A DNA stretch of 64,000 nt from Podarcis melisellensis (Eukaryota), in NCBI GenBank assembly GCA_964234715.1, contig OZ174286.1; one strand, given 5' to 3'. A program made the position numbers and the translations under genes. Of this stretch, positions 53,500 through 64,000 are shown piece by piece (the first letter of the stretch is position 1; every line of letters starts with the position of its first letter). The notes beneath the pieces were generated by a model, which saw nothing but the letters and a program-made list of their open reading frames with translations, was not told the DNA's origin and searched no databases.

Positions 53500-54704
53500 A
53501 TGATTATTATAGGGATTAGTTATCTATTGTGATTTTATTGTTGTTATGCACTGTACATTTACAGTATGTAACAATAGGATACAGTATTAAGTATAATAAA
53601 TAAACAGTCTCATTAAGAAATTGATGTCACTTAGCAGTATAGACTTCTAATATACTTGGGCAATATGCAGTCACTGATCAATGAAAATGTACCTAAAAAG
53701 CACTTTTTAAAGTAGTAAAGCACTCAAAAAAGCAAAAAAACAACAACACCTAAAATGCATCTAAAAGACCAACTTATTTATTTTGGCATATGTTTTATTA
53801 TGACAGCAATAAAAAGTTTAAGTATTATATTTTCCCAATGCTTCTCCAAGCAGTTAGTGGTAAGATATAATTACATCCAAAACTCAACATGAAGCATGTA
53901 ATCTCACTTGCATATAACTTTTGGAAACAAATGTTCTTTCCCCTGAAAGTGACTCTGTAGGCAATATTTTTAGTACACCTTAATTAAAATTTGTGACCAC
54001 CTTCAGGCACTAGATAAGATCACGCTGCAAGTCATATCTGGGTTGCAGGTTACCCTCTGGATATAAAGTCTGAAGAATGAAAAGCACTTTATTTGCTTTC
54101 AAAATAAGAAATCGCTAAGAGGTGCCAAATTCTACACTTTGGATTTGGTCATTTGAGCACAAAACGATTTAACTGCTTTGAAAACAGACAATTTTGAACT
54201 GCAGTTTAATTTTTCTAAGTCTTGTGAGCCTATTTTGTCCATTAAAACAGATTAAATACCACAGGAGTTTGTTTTAATTTGGTCTCCGTCATGTTATTTT
54301 AGTGTTGTAGTACTAAAGTGATGTCCATAATCGTGGTAAAACATCAGATTAGTAGTTTTATGTCCTTGTTCAAAGGTTTATCAAACAGTAACTTGCATAG
54401 TTCACTCAATTCAGGCCAAATATACGATATTCTGTCTATTTTTAACACAGGATTAGCTGGGACTGGCCATTAATTAGGTGGTTGGAAGGCACAAGAACAA
54501 TCATGATCATTTTGAAGTGGATGGGTTTTTTACATACAGAATTATGATCTTGAGATAAACTAATTTTGGTCTAATATAGTTTATCCATCCCCAACAAAAG
54601 TGTTGAGAAGCGGCTGGGCCCAATACATTTTACCACCAGAAATGAAGGAGAAGACAGGCATGCGAAGAATATACAGAAATCAACTGAACTAGCCATTTAA
54701 TCTC

Positions 54705-54762
54705 ACTTAAACACTGATGAGAGGACAGTGTCCTCAACTGCCCTTAAGGGCAGCAGTCTAGT
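54705..54762 (+). ncRNA. Degenerate type I hammerhead ribozyme-like fold, probably inactive
   Basis: CTGATGA, then hairpin GAGGACAGTGTCCTC, AA, hairpin CTGCCCTTAAGGGCAG, and CA. The core GAAA is reduced to AA and UH is changed to CA. Confidence 0.5.
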
Positions 54763-55929
54763 AAACTGTGTTACACACAGTTGTTTTCCAACAGAGGAAT
54801 ATACTTGGGTGGCTGCCACTCTGTGCCCCACACGGACTAGCATGTGGCCCCTGAGGCAGCAGTCAATACTCTTTTGCTTACTGCTAGGATAGTTCCTGGT
54901 TTAAAATCTAAAAATTGTGAATCACCAACAGAACACAAGAGCCCATGAGGATTTTTGTGTGTAATTTAAAAAGAAAGTGCTGAGACTAAGACCTTAAGGG
55001 GTACCATGCCCAGTATTTCTTAAAAATGAAAATTATTCAGCTACATAGGAAGCTGCCCATGGATGGGTGCTGTTCCTGATGCTGCCTTTTATTAAAGGTT
55101 TGAGATCTGTGACTACTGATTTTGTTTTAAAAGCCACCTTAAGAGGATTTTATTTTGTTTTTACCTTTCAAGCAATTTGCAAACTATTTAAGAATAAAAA
55201 TTAATAAAAACCAGGTCAGACCGTTTGCCCATCTATCCCAGAATTGTATACTCTGATTCACAGCAGCCCTCTGGAACAGATGTGTGCAGCTAATGTGACA
55301 CTTACCAGATGTTGCTGGACTACAATTCCCATCATCCCCAACCACTGGACATGCTTGCTGGGGGTGATTGCATTGTGAGTCCAACAATGTCTGGAGGGCA
55401 CCATGCTCTAGCTCTAGGATACAGGTAGCCAATGTAGTGGTCTCATGATATGGACCAACTCCCATTAGCCTCAGCCAACACAGCCAATGTTCAATGATGA
55501 GAGCTACAGTCCAACATCATCTGGAAGACGCCACATTGGTTATTCCTGCTCTAGGGACTCTGACAAAGGTTTTTCTATCCCTTTCTACTCGATCCTTTTA
55601 ACTAGAAACGTCAATAAACCTAGAACTTTTTGCATTCAGAGCATGTGTCCCACTGCTTGGGTTATGGCCTTCCTCCATACTCTGAACTGACACTCAGAAC
55701 TGAACCAGCTCACCATGTTTTTCAGTAGTAATGCAGTAATTATAACCCAGATATACTTTTAAACTAAGCTAACCAGTAGTTAAAGGAAAACATGATTTCA
55801 CCCCAAGTAAGTAATAATTGATTGTATTCCTCTTACATAATAGTGCCTAAAACCATACATCCAGCAAGTCTAACCATTCCATTACTGCAGAATGGCTCTC
55901 AGTATTTCCAATACTCCCAGCTACTATTA

Positions 55930-56330
55930 TGTCAATCAATAGCCAGATCTTGATGTAGAGTCAGACCAATGCATTAATAAGGACAGCATGAAAGACTCCA
56001 ACAAAATGAAAAATGGGTCAAAGTGACCATGTTCCCTCAAGCTCCAAGTTAAATCAATAGAATTTGAGGTAATCAACTGTACATGTTGAGGTCTTGCTAG
56101 GCCATTTAACAGACAAAGAACGACAGTATCTCCAGTTTGCAAAACAGATACAATGCAATTACAATATTAGAATTACTATGACAATTCACCAGTGCCATAA
56201 CTGAAGTTGAAAATTTAAATCTCAACTCCAAAAGTCCTTTCACATCTTTCTTCAAATCTGTTCTATGCAAACCAAAGGAGGGCATCTGTTCCACTGAATA
56301 ATTTGGAACAATCAGAGATAAATACATTAT
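55930..56330 (-). mobile_element. Possible highly decayed LINE 3' remnant
   Basis: Fragmentary LLELRF and C-x-C-like peptides on the minus strand. Weak evidence. Confidence 0.3.
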
Positions 56331-57430
56331 TCCCCTTCTACAAACTAACACTACTGTTCACCTGGAGTATCACGCTCAACAAGGTATTTTTATTATCATC
56401 ATTCATTCATTGTGTGGTACCCAATGCACTCTTTCAGTAAGCGCAAGATATAAGTTTACACAGTTCAAGTTCCCCATCCCATGTGCACCCTCCCCAAGTC
56501 AGCTTTGAAGAGTTGAGGGAACTCCCAAAACAGATTTAGGGGGCGGGGCACCTGAGAGTGGGAGAGGAAGTTCCATTGCACAGCTAAATGTCCTTGCACT
56601 GATAGAGCAATTGAGTTGAATACCACTCACTTTTTTATATTCCACCTTTCCTCCAATCAGGAGCACAGAGCAGCTAACACTAAAAATTAAACCATGCAGT
56701 GATAAAATAATCAAAACTATAAAATCTCAATATAAAACTATAAAATCTGCAGCAAGGGGACCACACCTAATCATCTGAATGACTGGACAAATAAAAATAT
56801 ATTCAGTGACAATTTCTACTCTAATGGCAGATTGAACACCCCCTGGGAGGGAGTTTCAAAGCTTGGGTGTCTCATTATCTTAGTTAGCACACTAAAGCTG
56901 CAGTTATTCAACCACCAGGTGCTGCCAAATATATGTGTTTAATATGGGGATTCAAGAACAACTCAACACCAGCTTAGAAGATCAGGCTGCCTTTAACTTT
57001 CCTGTATTTAAGGGGAAATTCCAGCTTTCCAGAAAGGCATTAAGCAGGGTGGTAAAAAGGGCTTAGCTACTTCCCATCTTAGATAAGTTATCATAACCCT
57101 GTACTCTGTTTTTCCCATTCATAACACACAGGAAAAGTACAGAAGAATCATATACACTGCTACAGGGTATGGAAAGCTGACTACAGATCTGAGGGAAGAG
57201 GAAAAAGGCATTATCTCAATTGCTTTATATTCAAAAGAACCTTAAAGCAAACTACAAGACAGAATAAAATAGAATTATACTGTAAAAAATCAACAGGGAC
57301 CAGGCCAAGAAAATCCTTCTGGGAAGGCATGTTGGAATAAAAATGCCATTAAAAGGCACTGAAATGCCAAGATAGCCAATGCCTGTCTGATATCCACTGG
57401 AAGGGAATTCCTATAACAGTGGGACGGCTC

Positions 57431-57487
<57 letters not shown>

Positions 57488-57500
57488 TATTATTATTATT
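57431..57500. repeat. (TAT)n microsatellite, the tail of a minus-strand L2-like fragment
   Basis: Read directly, with one TAC interruption. Followed by taccccacccttctggctgggtttcccc, similar to ~21570-21600. Confidence 0.95.
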
Positions 57501-57749
57501 TACCCCACCCTTCTGGCTGGGTTTCCCCCAGTTGTTTGTCACCATGTAGCAGACCTCAGGGGCATGAAGCACTGCAAGAAGTGCATACCCCATGGCTGTA
57601 CCAGTATGTAGGAAGGTAAGAAACTCTCACAGGTACTCTGATCCCAAATTCTTTTAAAGACCAATATGAAAACCTTAAATTTGACCCAGTAGCATGTTGG
57701 CAGTCAGTGCAGATCCCTGTGCAGAGTAGGTGTTACATGCTGCTGATAG

Positions 57750-58195
57750 TATCAGGAGCTCGTCCTACACTCAAGTAGACCTTGGCAGAGACACATGCCC
57801 TACTGGCATGTTCCCTCCCTCCTGGTCGATCATTCAGGAACTTCAAAAGCTTTCTTCTGCCCGAACATCACCGTGACCGATGCCAACAGACATCGGCACA
57901 CTTAGGGATCCGCAGAGTCTTCGCACCTTGCATGACAGACCTCGGCAACTCAGCATTTTGGCTAATCTACATTATTTACATATAAACACACATAGAGCAC
58001 TGCAACATGGCTTCCTCTCTCTCTAGCATCAAACAGCAAAGAGAAAAAGAACCAAGGACAATAGTCCCACTTCACGGAACACAGTAACACAAACATCCTG
58101 TCTCCGTCACTTCCCACTCTGTGGAGTCAAAACATACACCATCATGTGAAAGACAACAATCCCATTACTGTAATCACGGAGCAGGAATCTCAACA
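57750..58195 (-). mobile_element. Solo LTR (about 446 bp)
   Basis: The minus strand begins TGTTGAGA and ends cctgata (a decayed ...ACA). 5-bp TSD GATAG/GTTAG. CpG-richer than the flanks. Confidence 0.65.
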
Positions 58196-59438
58196 GTTAG
58201 TAGTGTAGATGCACTACATTAATTAATAAATAATAATAATAATAATACAGTAATCAAGTCTAAAGGTTACCGATTCATGAACAACTGTGGCCCTAGCTGG
58301 AAAAAGGCCCTCTTGGCTACTAATAACATCTGGGCCTCTAGTGACAAGGATGGATCCAGGAGTACTCTCAGATTACAGAGCTCCTCCTTCTAAATGCGTG
58401 CAACTCTATCTAGATCAGGAAACCAACCTGAACATGGGAACTTCTCACCTATGGTGCCTCCATCTTGTCAAATTGATAACCAGCAACTGTTCTTTTCCCT
58501 GGGACTTACTTGGTCCTGGGGTTTGTCTTCAATTAAACACTACAGTTCAAAGCCACACTAAAAGAGCCACCCTGTCCAGATATTAGACTCAACATCTGAA
58601 GCAAGGAAGAGTCAATGCTAGGGAACAAAGCTCATTTCCTGAAAGAGCAGGCTGAAGCACCTATCTTGTCCCAGTGCCAATTTCTAGAGGTACTGCAAGC
58701 CCATAAAAAGCAGCATAAGAACAAAAAAGAAAAGAAAAATCAATCTGGAACAGGAGACAGGAAATGCACAGGTGGGCCTCTAGAATGGATGCACATTAGT
58801 GACAGCTGATTTTTGGACTTTCACATTTCTATTGTATTTGAAAAGAAGACTAAATATAAGGTTCTGAATCCCTCCTGTATACCTAACGTACTCATGCCTC
58901 AAATTAAAAAGCTTCATTAATAAAGCTGTCCTGCTCCAAGCAAGAAGACCCCATGGCCATAAGGCAAACCTGAAATTTCAGAAGCCACTACCCCTCACAA
59001 ATAACATGCAGATGTTATTCTGTATATCAGAGCTCACCAGCGATTTATAAGCTAAATAGCCCAAATGCCCTAGCTTTGCTGCAGTAGAGGGAAAATACCA
59101 TCTTGCACATGGCTGCTCAGAACCTTATGACCTTTCCAAATGGACCCTAAAATAAAAGACAGATCCCTGCCTTGAGGAACTCCCAACCTAAGCCTGGACT
59201 GTTGGGTAATAAGGAAAAGAGAAGTTGAACATGGCAGGGGTGCGTGAAGTGGAGGCAAGGGTGAACTAGAGAGATGTTTCTATTAGGGAATATTACAATA
59301 TGAAGGAGAGTATGTTCCCTCAGCTTGTTTTGCCTCTTCTCTTACCCATCCTCAACCAACTCATCCACAGTGTTTTTAGGTACCAGAACTGGCTATGTAT
59401 TGCACATATTATTTGGAATGAATGGCACACAACAGTTA

Positions 59439-59639
<201 letters not shown>

Positions 59640-60879
59640 TTATATGCAACAGTTAATATGGTGTTTTTAGCTATTCACATCTGTTTTTAGTGTGGCAACT
59701 AGCACAAAAGGCCTTTTAAAACTGAAAATATTTGCCTTAAGTACAAAAAAAACCCTCTCAACAGGTGAGGTACATGTGATCAATGCCAAGTATTCTGTAA
59801 CTAGAGGGAATATGCACAACTGTTACAACCAGACTACACTAAAGGTGAACTCAGGAAAGAGTATTTGTAAGATTTTCTCTCACTTACTCTTCCATCTTTC
59901 AATCCCACCATATATAAATCCAAGGCTTGATATTCTGCATTTTGAAAACTTATGGCAAGCTACAGTTTCCGGGGGGGGGGGGATACACCGGAAGGCCACA
60001 CCTTTAAGACTAATATTTTTTATGATACATTTGTAATAGGTAAGGCTGAAAACCTAATTTCACCTTCTTAGAAGTTAAGACCCACTGAATAGGACATGGT
60101 TAGGGCTGCACTGCAAGAGTTTATTTCATTGTATGTGCAGACACAGAGTGCTAGACAAAACGTTATTATATTAAGAAAATACAACTAATGTTAGAGCTGT
60201 GGAAGCTACACTATTCCAGTTAGATCACTTCTCATTGTTTTACCTTGCATTTTCTTAACAGATTCTGAGCCTCGTGTGACAATGATGACTTGAATATAAC
60301 ATCCAATTATGGGGACAATGTATCCCATGAAGTACCATCTCCATGTCCTGAACTACGTACTATCAAGTAGCAGGAAGGGAGGGGAAGCTATATCATTTGG
60401 AGAACCTGCAACTTTCTACCTCCAAAGTTATTAATAATTCATTTCTATACTGCAAATTCATAAAAAGATACCCACGTGGTATACAGAATCTCAATTAAAA
60501 CCAAAACATCAATAAAAATCAACAAATATAAAAGAATCTGAAATACAAAAATAGATGTTCTAATGAGATAACGAAAACAATAAATTATTTCCCTAACACT
60601 TGCTAAAATAACAAAGTCTTTAAGTTGGCACTTGGAGCTCATTACAGACAACACCAACTTGATTTCATTAGGTACAGAATTCCTTAACTCACACATAATG
60701 CACAATTTTTTGCCGAGGACAGTCTAGCACTGCCAGGCACCGTCAGACATGCCTCTGTGGCAAATTACAAAGATCAGGCAGGGGAGTAAGGAATAAAGCC
60801 ATATTTTAAACACAACGCCCAAGATTGCTTAGAGCTGTATATAATAATGGGATACTAAAAATAACTTGGTAGCATAGTG

Positions 60880-61920
60880 ACTGCCAGTGCAGCTCCCACA
60901 TAGGTGCAGGGGAGCATGCCCAGTAACTACCCGGCTGCAGAATTCTGTGTCAGCTACTGCTTCCAAACCTACTCCAAGGGCAGCCCCACATAGAGTGTAT
61001 TATAGTAGTCTGTCCTCAGTTATCAATGCTTGAACCGCCATAACCAAGCTATCCTGATTCAGGAACAGTCACAGCTAATGCATATGCTGAAGCTGGTGGA
61101 AGGCATTCCTAGTTACTGAGGCAACCTGAGTCTCAAGGGACAAAGCTGAGTCCAGGAATACCTCCAGACTGCATGCCTGCTCAGAGGGAGTGCAAGAACA
61201 GGCAAATGGACTATATCTCAGACACAGAAACCACTCATCAGCCATGTTTCCACCTGGCCAGGATTTCAACTCAATTTACTGGCCCTCATCTAGCCCACCA
61301 CAGCATTCAGGTACCAGTCCATGCTTTGCACAACCTCACCTGATTCAGACGTTATGGAGAAACACAAGATGGTTGTTATTGGCATATAGGTGACACCTGG
61401 CTCCCAACCTCTTAACAACTACTCCCAACAGTTTCGTATGTTTAATAGCATCAGGGATAATATAGCGCCCTGTGGCACCCTATAAAACAAGTGCCAGAGA
61501 GCCGAAAGGTACTCTCCTAATGCTATCCTTCGTAACCAACCTCGTAGGTAAGATTGGAACTGCTGTAAAACAATGGCCCCCAATATCCTTTCCTTGGAGG
61601 CAGTCCAGGACACCTAGTTGATGCCATCAGAAGCTGCTGAGAGATCAAGAAGTAGTAACAAGGTTGGTCCACTAGGAAATCCAAGGTCAAACTCAATTCT
61701 GTTCCAAAACTGGGCCTAGATAATCAGTCTCCTCCAAGCGTACCTACACTTGTGCCAACACCTTCTCTCAACTCCTTTGCCCTAGAGAGAGTATTTGTGA
61801 CTACATGATAATCATTAAAAGCCAATGGGTCCAACATGGGTCCAGCATGCGTTTCTTTAGAAGAGGACACTTTCAGCCAGGCAAATAAACTGCACCCAAC
61901 CACATACCTCCTCAACTAGC
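60880..61920 (-). mobile_element. L2/CR1-group LINE reverse-transcriptase remnant
   Basis: Minus-strand peptides FQSYLRG, RVPQGAILSLMLLNI (RT PQG motif) and LDSALSLETQVASVTRNAFHQL, broken by frameshifts. Confidence 0.8.
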
Positions 61921-63049
61921 TTTTATGAACCAGGGTGGACAAGAATCAATAGGGTGATTTCAATGATATATATATATTTTTCAAAATGAAAGAGCATGAT
62001 AACCTATCGTAAGTATTTTTTAAAAGTCAAATATACTACAGCAGGATTTTTAAACTCAAGATTCAAAAGTATTAATGTTAGCAATGGTAGCATTGTTACT
62101 AGATTACTAAATAAGGTATTTAAGCTACACTATTATGACTCAATGTTGGTAAAAGTGCTTTCAGAAGTTACAGAATATACAGCCCCTTTATTGTACTTGG
62201 TTCAAATTGTTAGTGTGACACATATTGCTCCTGCAATGAAGTTGCAAAGCTTTTAGACAAGCGATCAAAATACTTTGTGCTTGTCTCTTGCCACAGATTC
62301 CTTCATTTTCTGCATCAAGTGAAAACTGATGAATGTTTAAAGACAATACAAACCAATATGAATGTTATTTGAATGGCCACTGGAAAGAAAGGCTTTTCAA
62401 AGGGGGCAACAAAACTGTGAAAATCAAACTGTTTCCCCATTTCCCCTTAGGTGCCAGTTAATACCTATTCTGCTGCCATGCTTTCAAGTGTCTTCTGTAA
62501 TGCTATTATGAAGCTAAAACAAAAGTTCAAAATAAGAAGCTATGGTTCTTTCGGACATAAATTCCAGTAACATTACTATTTTTGAATATATATTATTTAC
62601 TGATATGGAACAGGACATAAAATAAATATGGTTCAATATAAACAATTTCCTCTTTTTTATCATTTTATGTTGTATGCTGCTTTAGATTTTTAATATAAAG
62701 TGGCAAATAAATAAAAAGCGAAGTTTACTGCCCTAGATTGAACATCACAGGAAGGCAAACTATGGTTTGAGCCCCTCGATAGGACAGATATGCCATGATG
62801 AGTAAAATACAGTATATGTTGAGCTTTCGAGGGAGTAAAGAAGCAAAGCACACCTCCCTTTTCCACTAGTCTTTTCCCTCCCTCTACTCTGCACCCCTTA
62901 TTAGTGTGCACGCACACACAATGTCCTTTAGTGCCATATAATACAGCCAGCAAAGGTTTCAGGAGGTTTGGAAGCTGCTCCTGAAATCTCCCTTGTGAAC
63001 TCTGTTCTAGGATAGCTGAAACCTGAACAGCAGTGCTCTTTTTAAGAAG

Positions 63050-63365
63050 TCATGGATACGCTGCACCATTTTGTTGCAGATCTCCAGCTGTGATATATGT
63101 AACATCCAAATGTATTACTGCTCCTTCATTTACATTCTGGTAGGATTTATTTCCCAAGCTCAAAAAGACAAGTTTCTTCAAACGTCTACATATAATTTTA
63201 AGTCCAAAAAATAAAACCTTCCTTTGTATACTACAACGTTGGATTTTCTTTTTAAAATTCTTCCTCCTCCACCACCCCCCACAATATTTTCCCAAAGGGC
63301 AAGAACAAATACATGTTCGAGATCTTTAGATGCAGTAGCTTGCAGTTTTATCTCTAACACTATTT
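63050..63365 (-). mobile_element. Possible decayed L1 ORF2 C-terminal remnant
   Basis: WW..K.FKKKIQ...IQ.KVL...LVFLSLG...YITA resembles the reptile L1 ORF2 C-terminus. Weak evidence. Confidence 0.35.
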
Positions 63366-64000
63366 TCAACTGATTTCCATTTAATTTTTTGGTACTTTTT
63401 TGTATGTTTATGTACTAAGCTATAAGTGATATTTACAGAACATTGTCATGTTTGCTACGGACTCTTGAAACCAGAATTCCCATATACAGCTAAAGTACTG
63501 AACACATAAGTTTTCCAGACTTTACTGGGGTCACGTAGCTGGCACTCTTGCCTTTTTTTAAAAAAAGAGCAAACAAAACTAGGAAAGATTTCGACTACTG
63601 AGCAACTATTGGTGAAGATAAGATTACATGACCCCATGACTGCTAATGAATGCTTGGATTACAGCCCAAACCAGATCATATTCAAGAACATTACACTTTT
63701 TGTAGAATACACAATTAAGCTCAACTTTTATTTAATGTATTTTCTCTCTGGAGCTAAAATAGACTTCAGTACCTTAATAGCTTAAAACCACTCATTTGAA
63801 GTTAAAAAAGAAAAGTAAGCTTCATCTTAGTTATAGGAGGAACTTAGTAAACTGTACTAGTCTGGGTTCCTGACAGTATTTTACAGTTGTACACAGATAT
63901 GTAACAACTTGAAAGTTTTAAACTTCAAAAATCCAAGTTAAATTATTTGCAAAACTGAGTTATGACTAAACTTGCCTGTCATTTTAAGAAGATGGAAAGT

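Noticed and set aside
57411-57619. Poly-Asn / poly-Tyr ORFs
   Set aside because: These are translations of the (TAT)n microsatellite.

Overview
AT-rich vertebrate genomic DNA, most likely a lacertid lizard, inferred from Sauria SINE, Squam2-like SINE, CR1, L2, RTE, hAT and Tc1/mariner repeats. It holds the 3' parts of two convergent spliced genes. ICA1 (ICA69, + strand) has 7 coding exons from 4436 to its stop at 20643, including a 96-nt exon that I recall is absent from the canonical human isoform. GLCCI1 (FAM117C, - strand) has exons 2-8 from 59623 down to its stop at 33116, plus a 3'UTR of about 2.6 kb. The 5' ends of both genes lie outside the window. Most entries in the ORF track are spurious or are partial reads of exons or repeats. 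I found no prokaryote-type system (CRISPR, operon). The most unusual signals are: a degenerate type I hammerhead-ribozyme fold at ~54705-54762; an inverted Sauria SINE pair bracketing GLCCI1 exons 3-5, which could give a 354-nt stop-free circle; a 12-bp duplication spanning the GLCCI1 stop codon; a canonical DKSTQT LC8 motif formed across a splice junction with a candidate microexon that would split it; three NAGNAG acceptors in ICA1; and an unexplained 22-bp direct repeat. Comparisons with human sequences and repeat family names come from memory, not searches. Repeat boundaries are approximate.
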